Shown piece after piece: positions 45,108 through 56,292 of a stretch of DNA of 64,000 nt. Both the position numbers and the translations under genes were made by a program. The notes under the pieces are model-generated. The model did not search any database. It was not told where the DNA came from and saw only the letters and a list, made by a program, of their open reading frames with translations. The DNA lies in contig OZ251228.1 in NCBI GenBank assembly GCA_965240325.2, forward strand, positions 1,736,001 through 1,800,000. Direction: 5' to 3'. This stretch comes from Rebecca billardiae RCC1528 (lineage: Eukaryota > Protista > Haptophyta). Positions within the stretch are counted from its first letter, which is position 1. Each line of letters begins with the position of its first letter.

Positions 45108-46630
45108 GGCGGGCCGTACCGGTAGGTCCGCCCCTCCGTAGTGCCCGGGAAGAAGATCAGAACAAGAAAAAGAATAAAGAAAATCGCCTCGCAAAGAAAA
45201 GAAAATCGCGTCGCTCACTACGCGCCCTCGCAGCTCCCACTGGGGACGCTCGGCCGGAAAAGGTCTTGGCCATGGCGCGGAGCGCGTGGGCCGCGCGCGC
45301 CGAATCCAACGCCGGCGCGGACATCGCGCGGGGATTCCCGAACGGTGTTTTCGCCCGATTCGTGATTGCTGCCCTCGTCGTCTCGCGTGCAGGTCGAACG
45401 GGGGCCAAAGTCGACGCGTTTGGAGGCACGGTCGGCGCGTCGACACGATCGTGCGACCTGGGGCGGTCCTCGCCCGACTTGCTCGTCGAGCGCTCGCACG
45501 GGCCATAGCATCAAGCGCTGCGCACGACAGCCACCTCGCGCGATCCACCGCCGCGCGTCGGGCTCGGTGCGGAAAGGCCCTCATCACGAGGTGTCTCGCG
45601 GGCGGGAAGCGCCATCGCACGCGACGCAAGATTTGGCGCGGCCTTCTGAACTCGATCGCCGGAATCCGCGCACCGGACTGTCGCTCGCGGTCCCTCAGCC
45701 GAAGCCCACGTCCGGCGTGCATGGCGTCGACGGTGACCAATGCGACGGAAGCGCAGCGCCAACGGCGTACGACGCGCAGCGGACGCACCTCCGGGGTCTG
45801 TCGGCGTGACAGCAACCGCGTCTTTGCGAGTTGGCGACCCTCGCCGCAGCGCGACACAGACAAGCCCGTGATGCCATCCGCAGAGAGATGAATCGTTGAG
45901 CATGCAACATCGCCGCGCCATCCTCGTCCATGGCGCAGGCGCTGCGGGACGAGGCGGACGCCGACACGCCGGTGACGGATGCGCTGCGATTCGTGTGCCT
46001 GCGTGAGCAGCTCGTGCCCAATCTCGATCGCGAGTGGCACACGCTGTCGCTGTGCGCGCGCGCGCGCACAACCAACAGCTCCTCGTGCCGCCAAACACGC
46101 GGGCGCCAGACCTGTCGAAAAGGCGAAGAGCGACGACCGCGTGAACGTCAACGCGCTCGTGCTCAGCGTGGCGGCCGTGTACGACGTCAACGCGACCTGC
46201 GCCGAGCCCATCATGCCCGGAGCGGACATCGGCAAGCATCCTCGCAACGACCGCTCTCGGCTGGCGGCAGGAGGACATGCACACGATCTACTCTGGCGGC
46301 TTCGTCGGCGGCGAGGCGCTCGATTACGCCATCGCGGTCGAGATGCGGCACACACAGCGCGTACCCGCGCTCGCGCGGAGCAACGGGCTACCCGCCCCGC
46401 CCCGCGTGCTGCGCATTCCCTCGTGGGTGTGGGCCTCGCTGATGCGCATAAGAGTACAGACAGTGAGACTTGTACACGTCGGGGACGGCCAACACTCCGC
46501 CAACTTCACGTGTCACTGGTCCTTGCACTCGACTGTCCGTCACCCACGGCCACGAGCGAATGTGGAAAGACGCGAACCCGCAGAGGATACATTGCGACAG
46601 CACTGGCACGGCCCGCCGACCCCCCCGCCC
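45108..46630 (+). mobile_element. 1.5-kb dispersed repeat, copy 2; interrupted near its 3' end and resuming at 50676-50710
   Basis: Colinear with 17771-19274. The terminal GCCAGG...GGGCACAGTT reappears after the nested element. Confidence 0.88.
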
Positions 46631-49600
46631 GTGGGCGCACGGTCGGACTCGGCAAGTTGGCACGCGCTCCGCACTGGGGCGTCCCAACTTTCCGGAGGGC
46701 GTGCCAACTTGGAAGTTGGTAGGCGCTCGCCGCCCTGGGCGCCCGTTGGCGCTGATGGCCGTGCGGCCGTGCGTGCGCGAGCGCTCGCCTCGCGCCGCGC
46801 TCCCGCGCGCACAGCGCGCGCTCGGCCGCGCGCGACGCGGCGGAGTCGAGGCTGACATACCCCTGGCCCACTTCGCGCCGCGCAACGCCGCCCACGCCCA
46901 TCGCCGCTCGCACGCGCAGGCCTGCCGCGCACGGCTTGGGCTTTTCAGCACAGGCTGGCGGCGGCGCGCCGGGCCGAGGGCTCGGCCGGTGTTGCGCCCC
47001 TCGGCCAGGCCGAGACTTGGCGGAGGCGTGGGTAGTGCCATCGCCTGCCCAGACCCCGGGCCTCGCCGTCAGAGTGTGCACGCGAGGCGCGCTGTCGTGG
47101 TCGACAGGTGAGGCGCCGCGTGCTCGCCCTCGAGCGGCGCAGCGGACGTACCGGCAGGCGCGCGCGCACACAGCGGGGCTGTCGAGCTGCTTCCGGCTGG
47201 GTAGATCGACGGCGCATGCCCTGGCCCTGGTCTGGGAGGCGTGCGCGGGTTCGGAGGCCGGTGAACGCTCGGCGCGGACCCACGTGTCTTGCCTGGCACG
47301 GTAGCGCGACAGCTCGGCAGCCAGTCTCGAGGCTGAGTGGCATCAGAGCGCTTGCCGGCGGGCTGGCGGGCTCAACCGCCGGGCCGATGCCCACGCCTTG
47401 GCCGGGATGCGACCAGCCCCCGCGTCCTCCGCAGCCGCCTGGAGCCGTCGACCCGCTGCCCAAGGCCCGCGGCCGGCGGGCCGCTTGGCGGATGGCCAGA
47501 GGAGCAGGCGGCCGAGTGGGCTGGGCGGCAGCGAGGGTGGTGGGGATGGAGGCGGGCTCGGCGGCGGAGGCGGCGGAGGAAGGCGTGATGGCGGGCTCGG
47601 TGGCGGTGAGGATGGCAGGTTCAGTGCCGGCGATGACCGTGGGCTTGGCGGTGAGCTCGGCGATGGCTAACGTGGCAGACTTGGCGGTGGGATCGGCTGC
47701 CGGCTTGGTGGCAGCGCACGCGGCGGCGACGGTAGCGGGCTCGGCAGCGATCTCGGCGGCGTGGTCGGAGGCGGTGCTGATGGCGGCGATGATGGTAGCG
47801 GGCTTGGTGGCGGCGATGTAGGCAGCGACGGCTGCTTGCTCAGCGGCGGGCTTTGTGGCGGCGATGTAGGCGGTGATGACGGTGGTGGGCTCAGCGGCGG
47901 GGTCGGTAGCGGCGACGGCAGCGGCAGGCTCGAGGTGGGCTTGGTGGCGGTGATGGCGGCCGGGCTCGGCGATGGACTTAGCGGCAGTGGGCTCGGGGGC
48001 GGAGTCGGTGGCGGCGAAGGAGCCGAGCCCAGCGCTAGGCTCGGCGCTGGGGTGGATGAGACGGGCTTGGTTGTCCGTGGTGGGCTTGGTGGCGGCGACT
48101 TGGCGACGATGGCTGTGAGCGGCGGAGTGGCAGTGAGCTCGGCAGCGGTGATGGTGGCTTGAGAACCGTGGCTGGCTCGGCGGCGGGTTCGGCGGCCGCG
48201 ACGGAGACGGGATGTGAGGCGGCTAGGGCGGCGGTGTGGGGCGGGAATACTGCGTCGCTGTTGCCCTCGGTCAGAGCTTGGCGGGGACACAGCGCGGCCA
48301 AGCTCCGGGCGTTGGCGCTGCCGCCAGGTTGGCCGCAGGCCACCCAGTCGGCAAGCTCGGGCGGCAGCGATGCCCAGACATGAAGGAGGGCACTGCGGGA
48401 TCGCTGCGTTACCTCAGGAAGGCTGAGTCTATGAGAGAGATGATCGCCACTGCTCAGTCTGGTGGAGTTCGATGAACTGGCTTAGACGACTTAGCGACCG
48501 TAGGCTGCTGCTCGGCGTTGTCAGAGTCGTCATCCGACCTAGCGCCAGCTCGGCGCAGTACGTATCGTTGAGTCATTGCGCGGAAGAGATGTCATCGCGA
48601 CTCAGAGTTCGTCACGTGCCACTCAACCGCGTCCCACCGGCCCTACTACCATCTTGGGCAAGCGCCTGCAGACGATACGGCGGGCAGCATCACAGTCTGC
48701 GCTCCTGCTGAGTGCTGGCTGATGATGACTGCGTCAGACGACTGCGCGTTGCAGCCGCAGCCATACCGTATAATAAATACGCTCTCAGCAGGATTACGTG
48801 CGAGTTGTTCTGCGTCCTAACGGTGCCGGCGCGTGACGTGACGGTTTTGATGTCAGTATCACGTGACGACTCGATGGATCACGACGAGTGGCGCTTCACG
48901 AGCAAGTGTAGCAGCATTAGAAGCATAGACAGCCGTCCGTCATCGTCTGGTTCCCCTGAGAAGTCTTCTGGAATGCGTCAGCGACATGCTCCCGCGGCGT
49001 GGTCAGTGGTCCAAGTCAGGCACATCCGGCAGCCTGACCTCATCCCACATGCCGCGCGGGCAGAGGGGCGCGTCGTGCCCACGCGACTGGCATCCAAGAA
49101 GTTGCAGGGACGGAATGAGTGTCAGCAGTGGACCGCCCGCGGCTCGCCGCAGCTTCATCAACCAAAAGATTCCCATCGTGCTCAACATCATCACCAAGAT
49201 GCCCCAGGGCATCCAGCTCAAGATTCCAACCTCAACAACCAGAGCAACGACGATGGCGGCTCATCAGCTCGGCGGGCGATGGGCGGTGGGCATCACGACG
49301 ACGACGGTGCTGGCGCGGCTGCGAGCGGCGACGCAGCTCCGCGCGGCATCGGCGCGGCTACGAGCGGCGACGCAGCCGCGCCGCCGCCGCCCGCGCCGCC
49401 CGCAGCCGCGCCGCTATCCCGTATAGAACGACCGGCCGTCACGCGCTCGGTGCCACGTAGATTCGGACGCGGCAATGAGTAGCATGCACCACCGTCCGGC
49501 CGTCTCAGGTCGCTGTCGTCGGCAGCCAGCCGGCGCCGGGCGCGATGGCGCTGGGCGCTCGCGCGCGATCAAGGATTGATTGCCAAGTCGTCAGCCGACG

Positions 49601-50675
49601 ACTGGGAAGCTGAGCCTGAGCTGAGCCTGATGCTGCCCGCTGCCGGGTCGCGGGACGAATGACGAGCAGCCTACGGTCCGTGAAACTGCGTCAGCTCCTA
49701 GAACTCTTCCAGACATGGTGAGGATCTCCCTCACGAACTCAGCCCTCTCGCGCTGATGCCGCGCGTCCGCTGCCACTCTACGGCCCTGCGGCCTGCTGCG
49801 TGCCGCGAGCTATCAGACAGCGCGGCCCGCCGGCCGCGGGCCTTGGGCAGCGGGTCGACGGCTCCAGGCGGCTGCGGAGGACGCGGGGGCTGGTCGCATC
49901 CCGGCCAAGGCGTGGGCATCGGCCCGGCGGTTGAGCCCGCCAGCCCGCCGGCAAGCGCTCTGATGCCACTCAGCCTCGAGACTGGCTGCCGAGCTGTCGC
50001 GCTACCGTGCCAGGCAAGACACGTGGGTCCGCGCCGAGCGTTCACCGGCCTCCGAACCCGCGCACGCCTCCCAGACCAGGGCCAGGGCATGCGCCGTCGA
50101 TCTACCCAGCCGGAAGCAGCTCGACAGCCCCGCTGTGTGCGCGCGCGCCTGCCGGTACGTCCGCTGCGCCGCTCGAGGGCGAGCACGCGGCGCCTCACCT
50201 GTCGACCACGACAGCGCGCCTCGCGTGCACACTCTGACGGCGAGGCCCGGGGTCTGGGCAGGCGATGGCACTACCCACGCCTCCGCCAAGTCTCGGCCTG
50301 GCCGAGGGGCGCAACACCGGCCGAGCCCTCGGCCCGGCGCGCCGCCGCCAGCCTGTGCTGAAAAGCCCAAGCCGTGCGCGGCAGGCCTGCGCGTGCGAGC
50401 GGCGATGGGCGTGGGCGGCGTTGCGCGGCGCGAAGTGGGCCAGGGGTATGTCAGCCTCGACTCCGCCGCGTCGCGCGCGGCCGAGCGCGCGCTGTGCGCG
50501 CGGGAGCGCGGCGCGAGGCGAGCGCTCGCGCACGCACGGCCGCACGGCCATCAGCGCCAACGGGCGCCCAGGGCGGCGAGCGCCTACCAACTTCCAAGTT
50601 GGCACGCCCTCCGGAAAGTTGGGACGCCCCAGTGCGGAGCGCGTGCCAACTTGCCGAGTCCGACCGTGCGCCCAC
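46631..50675. mobile_element. 4.0-kb element with 854-bp TIRs and a target-site duplication
   Basis: 46631-47484 is the reverse complement of 49822-50675, with no net indel and identical ORF translations. Flanked by CGCCC (or CCGCCCG if the ends are TG...CA). Empty site at ~19269-19275. Confidence 0.93.
47485..48380 (-). pseudogene. Decayed (Ser-Pro-Pro-Pro)n extensin-like coding fragment inside the 4-kb element
   Basis: Minus-strand frames give PPPSPPP-type repeats broken by frameshifts and stops. Confidence 0.55.
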
Positions 50676-50964
50676 CGCCCGCCAGGCCCAGCGGCAGGGC
50701 ACAGTTTTGTGAACGGTGCACGGTTGGTGATGGCTGATGCGATAAACACCGAAGGCTGGTGGCAGCTTACTAATCAGAAGATGGCTCAAACAATAACCAG
50801 AGGTCTCAGCACACCGCGCATCGTGCCCGGACTGCGGTCGCACGGCGCAGAATTACCGCGCGCGCGCGGATTCTCGGAGTAGTTGGACTTTCGTCAGGAG
50901 GCGGCACTCGCCGCCGCAAGAAAGGCTACAGTTTACTAAGAATATGAGAGGCACGCAGCTCAGC

Positions 50965-52083
50965 CAAGGGTGTCCCCAGGGTCCGCAACAGCCAGTGCGC
51001 AGCGCGGCAGAGGCTGTGTCATCGCAAGGTCGCCGCTCGCCAGTGGCACTCGCCCGCCCGCCGCCCTGCACGGCGGCGGGGCCGCTCGCGCCGTGCGCTC
51101 CTGCGGCCGTCGGGTCGGGCTGCGTAGGCGGCGCGCGGCTTGGGCCGTCGCTGAGCCACCCAGCGCCCCTCTCTGCGCCGCGCGCCTTCCTCGTCCTCGC
51201 CTCCTCCGCGCCTTGGAGCAGCACGCACACGCGCGGCGCCGCACAAAGGCAGCCCAGGGCCAGGCGCTCGCGTGCAAGCGTGCGCGCGCGCAGCGCGACG
51301 GGCTTGACTCGGGGCTCGCGCCGCTGCGGGGGCATGCAGCGCCATCACATGCGCGCGCGACGCCACCTCGAGCCTGCGCGTTTGACCGTCAGTGCACGCT
51401 GATGCACGTTACAAAATGGTCTGACTTGGCATCATCACACGTGCGACGGAAGCTTCCACAACGGGCCTTGAGTGCGTCGACGCGATCGATGCTGAGACGG
51501 TCATGCTTGCGTGCGCTTCTCTTGTGGTCTCCACGCTTGCTGAGAAGCGCCGCGTACGTAGCTGTCATCGTGTCTTGCCTAAGAAGTCGTCCTGACGCAT
51601 GGCAGGTTCTGGTCAGATTGGGCCTACTTCAACACGAGGACGTGTGAGCATTTGGCACGTGACGGTCACAGCGATGCGCAGGCTCGAGGTGGCGTCGCGC
51701 GCGCATGTGATGGCGCTGCATGCCCCCGCAGCGGCGCGAGCCCCGAGTCAAGCCCGTCGCGCTGCGCGCGCGCACGCTTGCACGCGAGCGCCTGGGCTGC
51801 CTTTGTGCGGCGCCGCGCGTGTGCGTGCTGCTCCACGGCGCGGAGGAGGCGAGGACGAGGAAGGCGCGCGGCGCAGAGAGGGGCGCTGGGTGGCTCAGCG
51901 ACGGCCCAAGCCGCGCGCCGCCTACGCAGCCCGACCCGACGGCCGCAGGAGCGCACGGCGCGAGCGGCCCCGCCGCCGTGCAGGGCGCGGGCGGGCGAGT
52001 GCCACTGGCGAGCGGCGACCTTGCGATGACACAGCCTCTTTGCCGCGCTGCGCACTGGCTGTTGCGGACCCTGGACACCCTTG
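50965..52083. mobile_element. 1.1-kb foldback element with ~410-bp TIRs, CAAGGG termini and 7-bp TSD GCTCAGC (P-like)
   Basis: 50965-51379 is the reverse complement of 51676-52083 with a few indels. GCTCAGC at 50958-50964 and 52084-52090. Confidence 0.92.
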
Positions 52084-52207
52084 GCTCAGCTGCAGGCGAG
52101 AACGCGCATGCAGCAGGCGGTTCAGTCGCAGGCTCGCAGCTGCATCGATCTTTGCATGCGCCGCGGCCGCCGCGGCCGCGATCACGAGACCGCCACACAG
52201 ACAGGAG

Positions 52208-54268
52208 ATGGCGGGAGGCGGCGTCAACTCCAAGGCGCCCCTTGACAGGAGGGCGGCGGCGGTGTACCTCGTCGCCAGCCTCACGACCTCGCCGTCGCGT
52301 CTTCGCACCATCGGCCCGACGCTGCGCTCTCTCGGCGCTGAGCACCAGCGCCGCCCCTTTGACGAGGTGCTGCTCAACCTGCCACGCACCTTCGGGCGCA
52401 CGGGCGAGGGGTACCCCGCGCAGCTGCCGGCGGTGGTGACGGAGGTCGCGAGCGTGAACCGCGTAGAAGAGGACTGGGGTCCAGCGACGAAGCTCGTGCC
52501 CACCGTGCGCTACCTGCTGCACGCGCGGCTGCCCGTGATCGCGCAGAGGCTCGGTCTGCCGCCGCACGGCCGCGAGGACGAGGTGGTGTCGCGCACGCAC
52601 ATCGTGATCGTCGACGACGACATCGTATACCCCGCGGGGATGGCGGCCTCTTTCGCCGAGACGGCGAGCCCGCTCATCTCGGAGGCCACCTCGGGCTTCG
52701 TGCTCGTGCCGCGCACGCTGGGCAACCCGCGCGGCCACGTGCAGGTCCGCGCCAAGCACGGTGCGCAGCTGGACGTCGCAGAGGGGTTCGGCGGCTGGCG
52801 CATACCGCTCGCGGCGTTCGATCGCAACGTGTCGCGCTTTGAGGCGCGGATGCGGTCGCTCATCAGCGACCGCGATGCGCGCGTCTCTGACGACCTGCTT
52901 GCGTCGGAGTACCTCGCGGAGCGCTCGATCCCGCTCGCGCTGCACCGCACGGCGCACTTCAGCAAGGCGATGCTGCAGATCAGAGAGCTGGGGCTCGCGC
53001 AGGACGCGCTGCACCGGACGAATACGTCGGGAGACGAGCACTGGGCGCGGTACTGGCGCGTGCTCGAGTCAGGCCGGCTGCACGCGCTGCACATGCCCGA
53101 GCGGTGGGGCGTGCTCTGCCCCGCGCGCATGCAGCCGCTGCCGCCGCCAGCCTGCCGCAACCTGAGCGGCACGCGCGGCTTCCACCTGCTGGGCGAGCGG
53201 CACTGCGGCACCAACGCGCTGAGCGAGCTGATGCGCATCACCTTCGACGCGCGCGGGCCGTCGTACCGGGAGGCGTACAAGCACATGTGGACGACGGACT
53301 CGCCTGCCGCGCTCGCGGCGATGGGCGCCTCGCTGCGCCGGCTGCAGGGCTCTGGGCAGCCAGTCGTGATCATGGTGCGCGAGGCGGTGCAGTGGCTCAA
53401 CGCGATGCGGATCGACCCGCACCACGCGCCGTGGATGCGCTTCATGCCTATGGCCAAGTTCGTCAGCGTCGAGTGGGTCTCGTCGATCGAGAACAGCGCG
53501 CGCTCGCGCGCCAAGTGCGAGAAGCTCGGGCTGCTGCCGCGCGGCAGCAACGAGAGCGACATGGCGGCGATCAGGCGGCTGGGGGCCGGGCAGCAGCGGC
53601 GGTGCGCGGTGCACGCATTCGACTCCATCCTCGCGCTGCGCAGCGCCAAGCTCCGCCTGCTGCGCGACGCGTTCGACCTCGTGCCCGCGGACGAGAGCGC
53701 GCAGCGCGAGCAGCTCGTGCGCACGGTGAGCCGCAGCGCAGGCGGCGGCCCCGTGCTCGTGCTGCGGTACGAGGACTTTGTGCTGCGCGCACACGCCGTG
53801 CCGTGCATGCTCGCGCGACAGCTGCGCGTGTGCGCGCCGCGCTCGTTCGCGCGTCTCGCTTCGGAGCCGCTCCGCCCCGGTGGCACCCCGGCGGCGGCGT
53901 TGGGGGGCGCCGTCCTCAAGCACGGGCGCATCAGCACCGTCGCCGACGACCCTTGCAAGCTCTTCAAGCTGCTGCAACCTTATGCGGCGGCGCGCATCAG
54001 GGACGGGCTCGACTGGGGGCTCGAGCAACTGTTTGGGTATGGCGACAAGCGCACGTACGCAGAGTGCATGCCGTCCAGCACGGCACTGGTGGATGAATTC
54101 GCCCGCTCAGCCGCGCCGGCAGTCGCAAAGTTCTTGCGGCACATCAAGCATGACATTGACATCCACGGCGGCTTGTTGAATGCTCTCAGCCGGCGGCGGA
54201 AGATGCAGGCGGGTTACGCGCGTGAGCCTGCTGCTGCTAATGCTGAGATCGACTGGTCAACGTCGTGA
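52208..54268 (+). CDS. GT-A glycosyltransferase fused to a sulfotransferase-like domain
   Basis: SLTTSPSRL, DWGPATKLVP, IVIVDDDIVYP and SDDLLASEYL, followed by LGERHCGTNAL, IMVREAVQWL and LRYEDF. ATG at 52208. Confidence 0.82.
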   Translation: MAGGGVNSKAPLDRRAAAVYLVASLTTSPSRLRTIGPTLRSLGAEHQRRPFDEVLLNLPRTFGRTGEGYPAQLPAVVTEVASVNRVEEDWGPATKLVPTVRYLLHARLPVIAQRLGLPPHGREDEVVSRTHIVIVDDDIVYPAGMAASFAETASPLISEATSGFVLVPRTLGNPRGHVQVRAKHGAQLDVAEGFGGWRIPLAAFDRNVSRFEARMRSLISDRDARVSDDLLASEYLAERSIPLALHRTAHFSKAMLQIRELGLAQDALHRTNTSGDEHWARYWRVLESGRLHALHMPERWGVLCPARMQPLPPPACRNLSGTRGFHLLGERHCGTNALSELMRITFDARGPSYREAYKHMWTTDSPAALAAMGASLRRLQGSGQPVVIMVREAVQWLNAMRIDPHHAPWMRFMPMAKFVSVEWVSSIENSARSRAKCEKLGLLPRGSNESDMAAIRRLGAGQQRRCAVHAFDSILALRSAKLRLLRDAFDLVPADESAQREQLVRTVSRSAGGGPVLVLRYEDFVLRAHAVPCMLARQLRVCAPRSFARLASEPLRPGGTPAAALGGAVLKHGRISTVADDPCKLFKLLQPYAAARIRDGLDWGLEQLFGYGDKRTYAECMPSSTALVDEFARSAAPAVAKFLRHIKHDIDIHGGLLNALSRRRKMQAGYAREPAAANAEIDWSTS

Positions 54269-54526
54269 ATCGGGCGCTAGATCAGACTGACTGTTACGAC
54301 TGCTAGTTGATATGAATCTCCGTGGGCGTGATGCGGCGGTACCGGTACAGTTTAAGTTACCGTACAGTACGGCCTAAGGCTAAGCCTAGCCGCGTGCTAC
54401 GTGTTACAAAGGCACAAAGCCTGCTGTCAGTAGTCAGTGTCGTCGACAGCAGCGTGACTGGCGGTCGATCGACCGTATCTCATTCTCGTACGTCCTAAGT
54501 CTTCTGACCGCCGATATATATCTAGC

Positions 54527-54550
54527 TATATATACATATATATATATATC

Positions 54551-54640
<90 letters not shown>

Positions 54641-54745
54641 ATATCTGATATCGCCGTGCAGTGATAGGGCTAGGCAGCGTACTCGTACCGTGGAGAGATC
54701 GAGAGAGAGAGAGATCGAGAGCGAGAGCGAGAGACAAGAGAGAGA
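54527..54745. repeat. Compound (TA)n(TG)n and (GA)n microsatellites
   Basis: Direct inspection. Confidence 0.95.
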
Positions 54746-54813
54746 CTCATCAGCATACAGCCTGCTGGAGAGTGAGTCCGGCGGGCGGCCCCGTGCATCC
54801 CTGGCGGCTGGCC

Positions 54814-56178
54814 TCAGCCGCGTGCGCCACAGCGCGCCAGCTGTCTGTCGCACGTCGCGTTGAGCAGTAGCTGCGTGACGAGCATGCTTGCCTCAAGTGA
54901 GTGCGTCCGGTTGCGGTAGAAGTGCGCGATCGCGCCAATGTGAGTGCCGCCGTCGTCCGTGTACGGTAGCTTGTTCGCGGGCAGGTGCCGCACGCCGGAC
55001 GTCGCCTCGAGCAAGTAGGGTACTAGCACGGCGCTCACATTGACGAAACCGCCGCCGGCGGCGATCACTGGCTGCATCTCCTCGAGCGCAATCACGTCGA
55101 GCTTGCTGAGCATCATCGAGCGGTGGCCATTGAGCGGCACGGTCGGGTTGCACGAGCGCCAGACGACGGTGGTGCCCAGCCGCGCGGTCGGCAGGAGCAG
55201 CTCGGACACGAGCCGGCGCAGGCCGAGCCTGTACGTGTCGAGCACCGTCGTCTCGTTGCACTTGAACTGCCACGCCTTCTGCGAGCCACCCTTGTAGCAG
55301 CCCGCCATGTCGTGGTGACCGGAGCCGAGGATGAGCAGCGACGGCCGCCGAGGCGCGCGCTTGAGACCCTGCGCAACCGCCTCGGACGCGCCGGGCACCT
55401 CGGATGCGGGCCTCCCGTTCGTGGCCGCGCGCCTCAGGTCAGCCTTCGAGAAGCCGAGCTGGAGGAGCACCTCGCGCCGCTTCCGCTTCGTGTACGCGCC
55501 TATGCCCGGTGTGATGTACTCGGAGCGCAGCTCGATGGGGCCGATGCGCGCGCTCGCGTTGTGGTGCGAAGAGCAGAAGCGATACTGCACGCCCGACGCC
55601 TCGAGCGGGCAGCACGCCTCCCCTCTGCCCTTGCACCGGTCGAGCGGCATGCGCGTCGCCAGCCACAGCGCCTCGTCCAGCGACTCGGCGCCGCCCGCCG
55701 AGAGCAGCCAGGTGAGGTCATAGAAGTTCTCGACCGAGGTTGAGTCCCCGAGCAGCACGATCGGCCCGCGCCGCGCGTACGCGCGCAGGCACGCGGAAGC
55801 CGCCGCTCGCGAGAAGAAGCGCGTCCGCTCGAGGTCGACGAACCGGAGTGCTCGAGCCGGTGGCAGCACGGTCCCGATGTGTCGCACGCCGCTCGTCGAG
55901 CCGCATGGGACCGGAAAGATGCCGTCAGGCTCGCGGGCGTGGGCGTGAGCGTACACGTACGCGCCGACCGGATCGATCGCCGGATCCGGAATCGGTCTCG
56001 TCGGTTCGCTGACCGCGGCGGGAGCTGATACGGCTGGAACCGCCGAGCGCACGCTCGAAGCATGCGCGACCGGCGACGGCACTCGGACTTCCTCGGGAGA
56101 TATCGCGAGCCAAGCAAAGCCGAGGAGCGCCAGGAGCAGCGCGGCGCTCACGAGCGCCCACGTGCGCTGCCCGGGCAT
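54814..56178 (-). CDS. Type II membrane SGNH/PC-esterase-like acyltransferase or esterase
   Basis: N-terminal TM; IVLLGDST, LILGSGHHD, C-terminal DDGGTH. Confidence 0.72.
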   Translation of the reverse strand: MPGQRTWALVSAALLLALLGFAWLAISPEEVRVPSPVAHASSVRSAVPAVSAPAAVSEPTRPIPDPAIDPVGAYVYAHAHAREPDGIFPVPCGSTSGVRHIGTVLPPARALRFVDLERTRFFSRAAASACLRAYARRGPIVLLGDSTSVENFYDLTWLLSAGGAESLDEALWLATRMPLDRCKGRGEACCPLEASGVQYRFCSSHHNASARIGPIELRSEYITPGIGAYTKRKRREVLLQLGFSKADLRRAATNGRPASEVPGASEAVAQGLKRAPRRPSLLILGSGHHDMAGCYKGGSQKAWQFKCNETTVLDTYRLGLRRLVSELLLPTARLGTTVVWRSCNPTVPLNGHRSMMLSKLDVIALEEMQPVIAAGGGFVNVSAVLVPYLLEATSGVRHLPANKLPYTDDGGTHIGAIAHFYRNRTHSLEASMLVTQLLLNATCDRQLARCGARG

Positions 56179-56292
56179 GAGAGCGCTACACCGGCCTAGG
56201 GGCCGCCATTATTTTGTGGATTTTTGTGCAGCCCGCGAGCGCGCGGTGGCCTCGACGCCTCGACGTACCCGCACGGGTGGTCGGTCCTATCA

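Noticed and set aside
51599-52207. N-terminal extension of the 889-aa ORF
   Set aside because: Lies largely in the TIR of the 50965-52083 element and is Arg/Ala low-complexity; ATG 52208 is preferred.
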